Made by a program: the position numbers and the translations under genes. From Formosa sp. Hel1_33_131 (lineage in GTDB: Bacteria > Bacteroidota > Bacteroidia > Flavobacteriales > Flavobacteriaceae): a DNA stretch of 32,000 nt. The stretch is from NCBI RefSeq assembly GCF_001735745.1, contig NZ_CP017260.1, positions 1,620,001 to 1,652,000 on the forward strand, given 5' to 3'. This document shows positions 9,833-19,470 of the stretch, piece by piece. Position 1 is the first letter of the stretch. Each line of letters begins with the position of its first letter. A model generated the notes under the pieces. The model saw only the letters and a list, made by a program, of their open reading frames with translations. It was not told the DNA's origin and did no database searches.

Positions 9833-12047
9833 CCTATTAATCTTATTTTTTCTATTCTTTTTTCATTGGAGTTTTTCTCAAGAATCTGAGCGAAAAAATC
9901 CAAGAGTTGGCTTAGTTCTTAGTGGTGGGGGCGCCAAAGGATTTGCACATATAGGAGTGCTAAAAACTTTGGACAGCTTAGGTGTTCGTGTCGATTACGT
10001 TGCGGGCACAAGTATGGGGGCTGTCATTGGAGGCTTGTATGCGGCTGGATATTCAGGAAAGCAATTGGATTCTATTATTAGTGCAGCCAATTTTGATCTT
10101 CTTATAACGGATGCAGTACCAAGAAAATCTAAGACGTTTTATGAACGAAAAAACGCAGAAAAATATGCGCTATCACTCCCTTTTAGCAACTTTAAGATTC
10201 ACTTGCCGTCTTCTATTTCGAGAGGGCAAAACGTATTCAATTTACTTTCAAAATTAACTTTAAATGTCAGTGGGGTTAAAGATTTTAGTAAACTTCCAGT
10301 TCCATTTTATTGTATTGCAACGGATATGCAAACGGGTCAAGAAGTTGTTTTAGACCATGGAAATTTAGCACAAGCAATTGCAGCGAGCAGCGCCTTGCCA
10401 ACCCTTTATCAGCCCGTAACATTGGATAATAAATTATTAATGGATGGAGGCATCGTGAATAATTATCCTATAATAGGGTTAGAATCAAAAGACTTAGACA
10501 TCATTATTGGAGTTGATGTGCAAGATGGTCTTCTTACAATTAATAAGTTGGAATCGGTATCTAATATTTTGATTCAAATTAGTAACTTTAGAGTAGCTGA
10601 AGAGATGGTAGGGAAGTCCAAATTAACTGATATATACATCAAACCCAAAGTGTCTGAATATTCGATTGTTTCTTTTAAAGACGGTGACGAAATTATTCGG
10701 AAAGGACAAACAGCAGTATCTCCACATCTAGAGGGATTAAAAACGATTGCTAAGGCACAAAATTTCACAAAAACAGAGGCGAGTATCCCCGAAATTCAAA
10801 AAATTAAAATTAATGACATTTCAATTTCTGGCCTAAATAAATATACCGCTGCGTACGTGAGAGGAAAATTGAGATTTAGAACTGGTGAAACAATTAGTTT
10901 TGACGACTTTAGTAAAGGGGTAAACAATTTAGTAGCCACAAATAATTTTGACAGTTTTTTATATAAATTTTCTCCTGCTGATCAAGGGTATAATTTCAGT
11001 GCGAAAGTTACAGAGGCAAAAAATACGGCCTTTATAAAGTTTGGAGTACACTACGATCCGTTGTATAAAAGCGCAGCACTACTCAACTTAACTAAAAAAC
11101 AATTGATTTTTAAAAATGATGTGGTATCGTTGGATTTTATTCTAGGAGATAACACCCGCTACAATTTTGACTATTATATTGATAAGGGTTTTTATTGGAG
11201 TGTGGGGATAAACTCTAAATATATAGGGTTTGATAATTTCACTAATCCAGCGGGACTCATTGACGAAGGTATGTATCCAGAAATCGATAAAATTCAGATG
11301 ACTTTCAGTGAGTTTACGCACCAAATTTTTGCAGAAACGTTGATTAAAAAAGACTTAGCACTAAAAATTGGAGTGGAGTTGAAGGATTTAAAAATCACCA
11401 CGAATGATAATGTGTTTTTATCCGTTTTTGACACCACAGAATATAGGATTGAGGATGGAGAATTCTATAGCCTTTTCGGGTCACTAAAGATTGATACCAT
11501 CGACAATAAATTTTTCCCCACAAGCGGGTTCCTTTTTGAAGGTAATTTTAAATTTTATTTTGCATCCTCAGACTTCAGGGATGATTTCAACGAATTAACA
11601 ACCTTTAAATCCCAAATATCAAAAGCATTTAAAATCGCAGACAAACTTTCTATGAATGTAAGCACTGAAGGCGGGTTTAAGGTTGGAAGTAGCGATACTA
11701 AGATACTTCATTTTGGACTTGGAGGCTATGGGTCTAATTATTTTAATAACTATTCTACGTTTTATGGATATGATTATTTTTCGCTTAATGGAAATAGTTT
11801 TGTAAAAATAGCTTCGACACTTGATTATGAGTTTATAAACAACCATCATTTTAATTTTTCAGCCAATTTCGCTAATATTGGTGATGATATTTTTTTAAAC
11901 AGCAAATGGTTTGAATCACCTTCTTATGGAGGGTATTCAGTTGGGTATGGATTAGAAACAATTTTTGGACCTATAGAGTTAAAATACAACTGGTCTGGAG
12001 GGTCAAACGAGTCGGGTTTTTATGTGAATGTCGGTTACTGGTTTTAA
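9825..12047 (+). CDS. Patatin-like phospholipase fused to a POTRA/Omp85-type beta-barrel (type Vd autotransporter-like)
   Basis: Signal peptide. Patatin motifs GGGAKGFAHIGVL (oxyanion), GTSMG (GxSxG nucleophile) and MDGG (Asp dyad). The C-terminal ~350 aa is beta-strand rich and ends in ...YVNVGYWF (aromatic OMP terminus). ATG 9825 (MRNLLILFF) is preferred over the track start 9774 and overlaps the uvrC stop by 8 nt. Confidence 0.85.
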   Translation: MRNLLILFFLFFFHWSFSQESERKNPRVGLVLSGGGAKGFAHIGVLKTLDSLGVRVDYVAGTSMGAVIGGLYAAGYSGKQLDSIISAANFDLLITDAVPRKSKTFYERKNAEKYALSLPFSNFKIHLPSSISRGQNVFNLLSKLTLNVSGVKDFSKLPVPFYCIATDMQTGQEVVLDHGNLAQAIAASSALPTLYQPVTLDNKLLMDGGIVNNYPIIGLESKDLDIIIGVDVQDGLLTINKLESVSNILIQISNFRVAEEMVGKSKLTDIYIKPKVSEYSIVSFKDGDEIIRKGQTAVSPHLEGLKTIAKAQNFTKTEASIPEIQKIKINDISISGLNKYTAAYVRGKLRFRTGETISFDDFSKGVNNLVATNNFDSFLYKFSPADQGYNFSAKVTEAKNTAFIKFGVHYDPLYKSAALLNLTKKQLIFKNDVVSLDFILGDNTRYNFDYYIDKGFYWSVGINSKYIGFDNFTNPAGLIDEGMYPEIDKIQMTFSEFTHQIFAETLIKKDLALKIGVELKDLKITTNDNVFLSVFDTTEYRIEDGEFYSLFGSLKIDTIDNKFFPTSGFLFEGNFKFYFASSDFRDDFNELTTFKSQISKAFKIADKLSMNVSTEGGFKVGSSDTKILHFGLGGYGSNYFNNYSTFYGYDYFSLNGNSFVKIASTLDYEFINNHHFNFSANFANIGDDIFLNSKWFESPSYGGYSVGYGLETIFGPIELKYNWSGGSNESGFYVNVGYWF

Positions 12048-12174
12048 GCTTTATAAGCCCCAACAAAAAAATATTATGGACTTAAGAGGCATTCATTTTA
12101 TAGTTTGGAATAATAATTGCAAATTTGTAACCACCATTATAATACGTTGAACTCATGATCTATCATATATTTTA

Positions 12175-12951
12175 ATGAAAAAATCAGTATTAATACTCCT
12201 TTTATTTATAAGCTTCCAGTTCTTAGGCGCTCAAGAGTCCTCTTCTTTTCAAGCAGGAGAATGGCTCCGATTTAAACTCAGCTATAGTGGGTGGATGAAA
12301 GCAGGCAACGCCACTCTCGAAGTAACTGAAAGTATTTACAAAAACATTCCTGTCTATAAAGTCGTTGGAAAAGGCTGGACAACAGGTCCTGTGAAGTGGG
12401 TTTTTAAAGTTGAAGACCATTACGAAAGTCATTTTGATAAAGTAACTGGTCAGCCTTATAAGTTTGTTAGAAATATTGACGAAGGTGGCTATACCAAAAA
12501 TAGAATTGTAGATTTTGATCATGTGCAAAATAAAGCACTGATAAATGATTTGAAAGACAACACACATTCAACGGTTGATATTGAGCAAAACATCCAAGAT
12601 TTAGTGTCGGCATATTATTATTTGAGAAATAATTACAATACAGATACCATCCAAGAAGGAGATGTCGTAGAGCTTAATATATTTTTTGACGGTGAAACGT
12701 TTTTATTTAAACTAAAATATTTGGGTCGAGAAACGATTGATACGGAGTTTGGAAAAATTAAGTGTATAAAATTCAGACCTTATGTCATGGCTGGACGCGT
12801 TTTTAAAGAAGAAGAAAGTTTAACATTATGGGTGAGCGCCGACAAAAATAAAGTGCCCATTAAAATAAAAGCAGATTTACAAGTTGGCTCATTAAGAGCC
12901 GATTTAGAAGCCTTAAAAGGACTTAAGCACCCCTTTGAAATCCAACTATAA
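12175..12951 (+). CDS. DUF3108-like secreted protein
   Basis: 258 aa with signal peptide MKKSVLILLLFISFQFLGAQ. The segment GEWLRFKLSYSGWMKAGNATLEV resembles the N-terminal signature of DUF3108 proteins. Family recalled from memory. Confidence 0.6.
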   Translation: MKKSVLILLLFISFQFLGAQESSSFQAGEWLRFKLSYSGWMKAGNATLEVTESIYKNIPVYKVVGKGWTTGPVKWVFKVEDHYESHFDKVTGQPYKFVRNIDEGGYTKNRIVDFDHVQNKALINDLKDNTHSTVDIEQNIQDLVSAYYYLRNNYNTDTIQEGDVVELNIFFDGETFLFKLKYLGRETIDTEFGKIKCIKFRPYVMAGRVFKEEESLTLWVSADKNKVPIKIKADLQVGSLRADLEALKGLKHPFEIQL

Positions 12952-12957
12952 AAAGCG

Positions 12958-13893
12958 ATGACAAAAAAACCGACTACTGAAGAATTATTAAATCTTCTTG
13001 ATGATAAATACAGTGCGATACATCAAGATCGTGAAGTGCATCTCGAAGGATTATTGCACAGTAACTCCATAACCTACTGGGACTATATACATACAGATGC
13101 GTTATTAGGCTTGCAAATTCAACGGACCAATCTTCCTGACGAAATGGTATTTATTGCTTACCATCAAATTAATGAATTGATTTTTAAAATGATTCTTTGG
13201 GAAATTAAACAAGTTTCCGATTCGTCTTCTTTAGAAGTCAATTTTTTTCAAGACAAACTCATGCGAATCAGTCGTTATTTTGATATGTTAACCACCTCTT
13301 TCAATATCATGAGAGAAGGGATGGATGTCGCTCAGTATAATAAATTCAGACATACACTAACCCCTGCGAGTGGGTTTCAAAGTGCACAATATCGTAAAAT
13401 TGAATTTGCTTCTACAGAACTTATTAATCTGATTGATGTGCGTTTTCGTGGCAATATTGATCGAGAGACTCCTTTTGAGCACGCCTTTGAACATTTGTAT
13501 TGGCAAGCTGCTGGGAAAGATTACAAAACAGGTCAGAAATCTACCTTATTATCCAACTTTGAAAATCGTTATAAAGAAGAATTTATCACCTTTATGAAGG
13601 TCTATAACACCAAAAATATTTGGACACGTTTCAAAGAATTACCCCTTGAAGCCCAACAAAAAAAGAGTCTTGTGGAGGCTATGAGGCATTATGATTATAC
13701 CGTTAACATCACATGGGTGATGGCGCACTATAACGCCGCTAAACACTATATTTTAGGAAAAGATGGCGATGGAGAAGCTACCGGCGGAAGCGATTGGCAA
13801 AAATATATGCATCCAAAATACCAAAAACGAATATTTTTTCCTGAACTTTGGAGCCAAGATGAAAAAGATAATTGGGGACATGACGTTGAGTAA
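12958..13893 (+). CDS. kynA: Tryptophan 2,3-dioxygenase family protein
   Basis: 311 aa. YWDYIHTDALLGLQ ... DEMVFIAYHQINELIFKMILWE matches the TDO helix-B signature (DE.LFI..HQ..EL.FK). Confidence 0.8.
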   Translation: MTKKPTTEELLNLLDDKYSAIHQDREVHLEGLLHSNSITYWDYIHTDALLGLQIQRTNLPDEMVFIAYHQINELIFKMILWEIKQVSDSSSLEVNFFQDKLMRISRYFDMLTTSFNIMREGMDVAQYNKFRHTLTPASGFQSAQYRKIEFASTELINLIDVRFRGNIDRETPFEHAFEHLYWQAAGKDYKTGQKSTLLSNFENRYKEEFITFMKVYNTKNIWTRFKELPLEAQQKKSLVEAMRHYDYTVNITWVMAHYNAAKHYILGKDGDGEATGGSDWQKYMHPKYQKRIFFPELWSQDEKDNWGHDVE

Positions 13894-15142
13894 GTATAAA
13901 AAGTATTTTAATGTAAAATTTTTCCTTTACGGATTTGTTGCAATCAGCCTTTACAGTATTTTTAAAAGTTGTTCGAAAGACACTTTGGTTGAAGAAGTAA
14001 TAGAGGAGGTAACGATTCAACCAGATAATTTTAAATTCGGTTACAACCTCAATAATTATCAGGTTATAAACGACACTGTGAGAAGTGGAGATAGTTTTGG
14101 CGTACTGCTCGAAAAACATCAGTTATTTTATCCGAAAATCCATCATATCTCAGAAAAAACAAAAGAGGTTTTTGATGTACGCCGCCTGAGAATTGGGAAA
14201 CCTTACACGGTTTTGTTTTCGAAAGAAGAGACTAAGGCCCCCTTGGTTTTCATATATCAGCCTAGTAAAATAGAATACCTAGTCGTTGAATTTTGTGATT
14301 CAATTATTGCGAGTATTGAAAGAAAGCCCGTTAAAATCATTGAAAAGGAATCCTTTGGTGTCATAGAAAGTACACTTTCTGAAACGATGGAAAATCAAGG
14401 ACTGCCTACCCAATTGATTTATGATATGTCTGATGATATTTATGCTTGGACCATCGATTTTTCGAGACTCCAAAAAGGCGATAATTTTAAAGTGATTTAT
14501 AACGAACGTTTTGTGGACGACTCTGTATATGCAGGGATTGAAAGTATCAAAGCAGCATATTTTGAACACAAAGGCGAGGCATTTTATGCCTTCAATTATA
14601 TGAATCAAGAGTCGAAAAACAACACCGATTATTTTGATGAAAACGCCAAAAGTCTTCGTAAAGCCTTTTTGAAAGCACCCTTACAATTCAGTCGCATTTC
14701 CTCTAGATACAATCTAAAAAGAAGAATTGCTTATTACGGAAACCGTGTAAAACCTCATAAAGGAACCGATTTTGCAGCCCCAATTGGCACACCTATTTTA
14801 GCAACCGCCAACGGAACCGTCATTGAATCGAGACGAAAAGGAGGCAATGGAAACTATGTAAAGATTAGACATAACGCTACCTTTAGCACTCAGTATCTGC
14901 ACATGAGCAGACGCTTGGTGAAGGTTGGGGACTACGTCAAACAAGGCGACGTAATTGGCAAAGTAGGCATGACTGGAAATACGGGCGGTCCCCATGTATG
15001 CTATCGTTTTTGGAAAAACGGAAAGCAAGTAGATCCCTTTCGTCAAAAATTACCAGATGCAAAAGCATTACCAGCACATTTAAAATCTAACTTTGAGGAA
15101 TTTATCGCGCCTTTAAGACAACAACTCGATTCAATAAACTAA
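13880..15142 (+). CDS. M23-family peptidoglycan metalloendopeptidase, membrane anchored
   Basis: N-terminal TM (FFLYGFVAISLYSIF). M23 motifs HKGTDF (HxxxD) and GNTGGPHVCYRF, which sits at the HxH position but reads H-V-C. Start is ambiguous: ATG 13880 or 13859. The track start 13763 lies deep inside the TDO gene. Confidence 0.85.
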   Translation: MTLSKYKKYFNVKFFLYGFVAISLYSIFKSCSKDTLVEEVIEEVTIQPDNFKFGYNLNNYQVINDTVRSGDSFGVLLEKHQLFYPKIHHISEKTKEVFDVRRLRIGKPYTVLFSKEETKAPLVFIYQPSKIEYLVVEFCDSIIASIERKPVKIIEKESFGVIESTLSETMENQGLPTQLIYDMSDDIYAWTIDFSRLQKGDNFKVIYNERFVDDSVYAGIESIKAAYFEHKGEAFYAFNYMNQESKNNTDYFDENAKSLRKAFLKAPLQFSRISSRYNLKRRIAYYGNRVKPHKGTDFAAPIGTPILATANGTVIESRRKGGNGNYVKIRHNATFSTQYLHMSRRLVKVGDYVKQGDVIGKVGMTGNTGGPHVCYRFWKNGKQVDPFRQKLPDAKALPAHLKSNFEEFIAPLRQQLDSIN

Positions 15143-15165
15143 TATTATATATTTAAAATTAACTG

Positions 15166-16785
15166 ATGGCATTACAATCAATAAATCCAACTGAAACAAA
15201 AACGTGGGCAAAATTAAAAGTTCACTTTGAAACAATCAAGGATCAGCACATGAAAACATGGTTTGCTGAAAACCCAGGCCGTGCAGATGAATTCACCATA
15301 CAATGGGACGATTTTTATGTTGATTTTTCAAAAAACAGAATCAATTCTGAAACCATGACACTTTTTAAAGAATTGGCTGAGGAACTTCAACTAAAAGATG
15401 CCATTTCAAAATATTTTGAAGGCGATGTGATCAATCACACTGAAGGCAGAGCTGTACTTCATACCGCACTGAGAGCGCCTGAAGACACTAATGTTTTAGT
15501 CGATGGCGAAAATGTGATGCCAGAAATATATAAGGCAAAAACTTTAATAAAAAACTTTTCGGAGGCCATTATCAATGGTACTAAAAAAGGATACACAAAT
15601 AAAGCATTTACCGATATTGTGAATATCGGAATAGGCGGTTCAGATTTAGGACCTGCTATGGTGGTGGATTCTTTGGCTTTTTACGGCAATCATCTCACAC
15701 CTCATTTTGTGAGTAATGTGGATGGCGATCACGTCAACGAAGTCTTAAAAACACTCAATCCAGAAACCACGCTTTTTGTAATTGTCTCTAAAACATTCAC
15801 CACTCAAGAAACACTATCAAATGCAAACACCATTAGAGAGTGGTTTTTAAACTATGCCACTCAAGACGATGTCGCCAAGCATTTTGTAGCAGTGTCCACC
15901 AATACTGCGAAGGTACAAGCCTTTGGCATTGAGCCTTCCAACATCTTTCCTATGTGGGATTGGGTAGGCGGTCGTTTTTCGCTTTGGAGTGCCGTCGGAT
16001 TAAGCATTAGTTTGTCTGTTGGATATGAGAACTTTGAGGCACTTTTAGAAGGAGCCCATAAAATGGATACCCATTTTAAAGAAGAAGAATTTGAAACAAA
16101 CATTCCAACCGTCTTGGCTTTTTTAAGCATTTGGTATAATAATTTTTTCAAAGCAGAAAGTGAAGCAGTCATCCCTTACACGCAATATTTGAATCAATTT
16201 GCCACTTACCTTCAGCAAGCCATTATGGAAAGTAATGGGAAAAGCATTGACCGATCTGGGAAGCAAGTGGACTACCAAACAGGGAATTTAGTTTGGGGAG
16301 AGCCTGGCACCAATTCGCAACATGCCTTTTTCCAATTAATCCACCAAGGAACAAAATTGATTCCTGCGGATTTTATTGGGTTTACAAAATCATTACACGG
16401 CAATAAAGACCACCAAGATAAACTGATTTCTAACTTTTTTGCACAAACAGAAGCACTGTTAAATGGTAAAACAGAAGCTGAGGTACAGACAGAAGGCACC
16501 TCCGCAGAAATTGTTCCTTTTAAAGTATTTGAAGGCAACAAACCAACCAATACCATTTTTATCAAACAACTCACTCCTGAAAGTTTAGGGAAATTAATTG
16601 CGATGTATGAACACAAAATATTTGTTCAAGGAGTGGTGTGGAATGTCTTTAGTTATGATCAATTTGGAGTCGAATTAGGTAAACAATTAGCGACCAAAAT
16701 TTTAGATGAAATTAACACGGGTTCTGTAACGAACCACGACGCTTCTACTATCAATCTTTTAAGGCACTACAAGAAGAACAGCTAA
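15166..16785 (+). CDS. pgi: Glucose-6-phosphate isomerase
   Basis: 539 aa with classic PGI signatures ([51 protein letters not shown]). Confidence 0.95.
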   Translation: MALQSINPTETKTWAKLKVHFETIKDQHMKTWFAENPGRADEFTIQWDDFYVDFSKNRINSETMTLFKELAEELQLKDAISKYFEGDVINHTEGRAVLHTALRAPEDTNVLVDGENVMPEIYKAKTLIKNFSEAIINGTKKGYTNKAFTDIVNIGIGGSDLGPAMVVDSLAFYGNHLTPHFVSNVDGDHVNEVLKTLNPETTLFVIVSKTFTTQETLSNANTIREWFLNYATQDDVAKHFVAVSTNTAKVQAFGIEPSNIFPMWDWVGGRFSLWSAVGLSISLSVGYENFEALLEGAHKMDTHFKEEEFETNIPTVLAFLSIWYNNFFKAESEAVIPYTQYLNQFATYLQQAIMESNGKSIDRSGKQVDYQTGNLVWGEPGTNSQHAFFQLIHQGTKLIPADFIGFTKSLHGNKDHQDKLISNFFAQTEALLNGKTEAEVQTEGTSAEIVPFKVFEGNKPTNTIFIKQLTPESLGKLIAMYEHKIFVQGVVWNVFSYDQFGVELGKQLATKILDEINTGSVTNHDASTINLLRHYKKNS

Positions 16786-16840
16786 AAGAGCTATTAATTT
16801 TTTGTTAACAATCAAACTCATATTGTTAATAATAAGATAA

Positions 16841-16870
16841 TTGTAATCTGTTTAATAATCCTTACTTTTG
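16841..16870 (+). promoter_or_regulatory. Candidate Bacteroidota-type promoter (TTG-N19-TActTTTG) for the TonB-dependent receptor operon
   Basis: TTG at 16841-16843 and TAnnTTTG at 16863-16870 with 19-nt spacing, 40 nt upstream of the ATG at 16910. Confidence 0.35.
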
Positions 16871-16909
16871 TTTAATAAATTTAACCAATTATTAAACATA
16901 ATTAAAATT

Positions 16910-19459
16910 ATGAAAAAGATTACACAATTATTATCTTTCGCCTTGATGGTGTGTACGTTATCAGTTGCTGCTCAAAGCACTGTGACAGGTACAATCATTG
17001 ACGCTGGACAACAAGCGCCTTTACCAGGAGCTACTGTTGTAGAGAAAGGAACGTCAAATGGCGTATCTTCTGATTTCGATGGAAACTTTACGATTAACTC
17101 TTCAAGCTCAACTGGTGAGGTCGTAATTTCCTATGTTGGCTTTGTGTCTAAAACAATTTCTTTTACTGGGAATATGGACCTCGGATCCGTTTCACTAGAA
17201 GCAAGTGAATTCGGTTTAGAAGAAGTTCAAATTTTTGCTTCTGTTGCAGTGGACAGAAAAACACCCGTAGCAGTTTCAACAATCAGAGCGGCTGAAATTG
17301 AACTTAAATTAGGAACACAAGAATTTCCTGAAATTTTAAAATCAACTCCAGGTGTCTATGCGACAAAAGCTGGAGGTGGATATGGTGATGGTAGAATTAA
17401 CCTTAGAGGGTTTAACTCAGAAAATGTTGCCGTACTTATAAATGGTATTCCAGTCAATGACATGGAAAATGGTCGTGTATACTGGAGTAACTGGGCTGGA
17501 CTCGGAGATGTTACTTCTTCTATGCAGGTTCAAAGAGGTCTTGGAGCTTCTCGAGTAGCAGTACCTTCTATTGGAGGAACCATTAATATTATCACTAAAA
17601 CAACGGATGTTGAAACTGGGGGTAATGTGTTTTCGTCAATTGCAAATGATGGATATGAAAAACTAGGTGCAACTTACTCTACAGGGGTTATGGATAATGG
17701 TCTTGCCGCTACAGTTTCTGCAGCGAGAACAAGAGGAAATGGCTATGTTGATGGTACGGAATTTAATGGTGTATCTTATTTCTTAAACTTATCTAAAGAA
17801 ATCAATGACGCTCATAAAATATCATTCTCAGTGTTTGGAGCTAAACAACGTCATGGACAAAGACAAAACAGACAGTTAATTGAAACGTTCAAAAACTCAG
17901 AAAGAGGCAGAAAATTCAATTCAGATTGGGGTTACAAAAATGGAGAAGTTACTCATCAAGAGGATAACTTCTACAACAAACCACAAATGTCATTAAATCA
18001 CTACTGGACAATTAGTGAAAAGTCTAGTTTATCTACTGTATTGTATGCTTCTTTTGGCTCTGGTGGCGGAGGAGGAACTGCAGGTGAGAATAAATTTATT
18101 TTTGACGGTTCAGGTTACAGTGATTACAGAAATGGTTTATATGGAACTATAGATTTCGATCAAATTGTTGACGAAAACATCGCAAGAGGAGCACTCGGAT
18201 CAGAAACAGTTTTGAGAGCATCTCACAACGACCACAATTGGTTTGGAGCGTTATCGACTTTCAAAACAGATTTTTCAGACGATCTTGTTTTGTTAACTGG
18301 ATTAGATGTTAGAAGCTACACAGGTAAGCACTATCAAACAGTTACAGATCTTTTAGGAGGACAGTACTTCCTAGATAACAATAACGAAAACAATCCTAAT
18401 GCAGCATTGCAAGTAGGAGATAAAAGAAGTTATTATAATGACGGTAATGTAGGTTGGTTAGGAGCATTTGCTCAGTTAGAGTATGATGTGAATGAAAACT
18501 TCAACACATTTGTTTCTTTAGCATTATCAAATACATCGTACCAAAGAGTTGATTATTTCAATTACTTAGATTCTGATGCATTACAAACTACAGATACTTA
18601 CAATTTCGTAGGCTACAGTGCTAAAGGGGGTGCTAACTACAGAATTGATGCTAAAAACAATGTTTTTGTAAACATTGGATACTTTGAAAAAGCTGCAGGT
18701 TTTGATGCAGTATTCTTGAACTTCAATAATGAGACGATTAATGCAGATGCAGAAAATCAAAAAATTACTAGTTTTGAATTAGGGTACGGATACAGATCAG
18801 GTAAGTTGTCTGCGAATGTAAATGTATACTATACTGCATGGAGAGACAGAACAGAAACTCAAAGTTTCAGACAGCCAGACAATACGAATGCTGTTGCTAA
18901 TATTTTAGGTGTGGATGCTGTTCACCAAGGACTTGAATTAGATTTTGTTTACAGAGCTACAGAAAAATTAAAAATCACAGGAATGGCTTCATTTGGTGAT
19001 TGGAGATGGGATAGCGATGTAGAAAATGTTCAAATTGTAAATGAAGATCAAGAAGTTGTTGACAATGTAAACTTATTTATAAAAGATTTACATGTTGCTG
19101 ATGCAGCTCAAACAACAATGGCTTTAGGAATTAATTATAAATTAACTCCAAAAACAAAGTTTATTGTTGATTACAATTACTATGCTAATATTTATGCTGA
19201 TTTTGATCCAAGTGATAGAGGAACTCAAGGAGCTCCAGACGCATGGAAAATGCCTGATTACGGCTTGTTTGACACAGTAATCAGTCATACTTTCGACTTA
19301 GGACCTTTTGAAACGACTATGACGGCTCGCATGAACAATGCGTTTGACACGGAATATATTTCAGATGCTAGAGATGGATCTGGATCTGTATCTAGCACTG
19401 CTTTGGTGTATTATGGTTACGGAAGAACATTCAGCCTTGGCGCAAAACTTAATTTCTAA
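16910..19459 (+). CDS. TonB-dependent receptor with N-terminal carboxypeptidase-regulatory-like domain
   Basis: Signal peptide (MKKITQLLSFALMVCTLSVAAQ). CarboxypepD_reg-like segment (TVTGTIIDAGQQAPLPGATVVEKGT..SDFDGNFTI), a plug region (INLRGFNSENVAVLINGIPVND) and a long beta-barrel ending in ...GAKLNF. ATG 16910 is preferred over the TTG at 16868. Confidence 0.9.
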   Translation: MKKITQLLSFALMVCTLSVAAQSTVTGTIIDAGQQAPLPGATVVEKGTSNGVSSDFDGNFTINSSSSTGEVVISYVGFVSKTISFTGNMDLGSVSLEASEFGLEEVQIFASVAVDRKTPVAVSTIRAAEIELKLGTQEFPEILKSTPGVYATKAGGGYGDGRINLRGFNSENVAVLINGIPVNDMENGRVYWSNWAGLGDVTSSMQVQRGLGASRVAVPSIGGTINIITKTTDVETGGNVFSSIANDGYEKLGATYSTGVMDNGLAATVSAARTRGNGYVDGTEFNGVSYFLNLSKEINDAHKISFSVFGAKQRHGQRQNRQLIETFKNSERGRKFNSDWGYKNGEVTHQEDNFYNKPQMSLNHYWTISEKSSLSTVLYASFGSGGGGGTAGENKFIFDGSGYSDYRNGLYGTIDFDQIVDENIARGALGSETVLRASHNDHNWFGALSTFKTDFSDDLVLLTGLDVRSYTGKHYQTVTDLLGGQYFLDNNNENNPNAALQVGDKRSYYNDGNVGWLGAFAQLEYDVNENFNTFVSLALSNTSYQRVDYFNYLDSDALQTTDTYNFVGYSAKGGANYRIDAKNNVFVNIGYFEKAAGFDAVFLNFNNETINADAENQKITSFELGYGYRSGKLSANVNVYYTAWRDRTETQSFRQPDNTNAVANILGVDAVHQGLELDFVYRATEKLKITGMASFGDWRWDSDVENVQIVNEDQEVVDNVNLFIKDLHVADAAQTTMALGINYKLTPKTKFIVDYNYYANIYADFDPSDRGTQGAPDAWKMPDYGLFDTVISHTFDLGPFETTMTARMNNAFDTEYISDARDGSGSVSSTALVYYGYGRTFSLGAKLNF

Positions 19460-19470
19460 AAAAAAACAAA

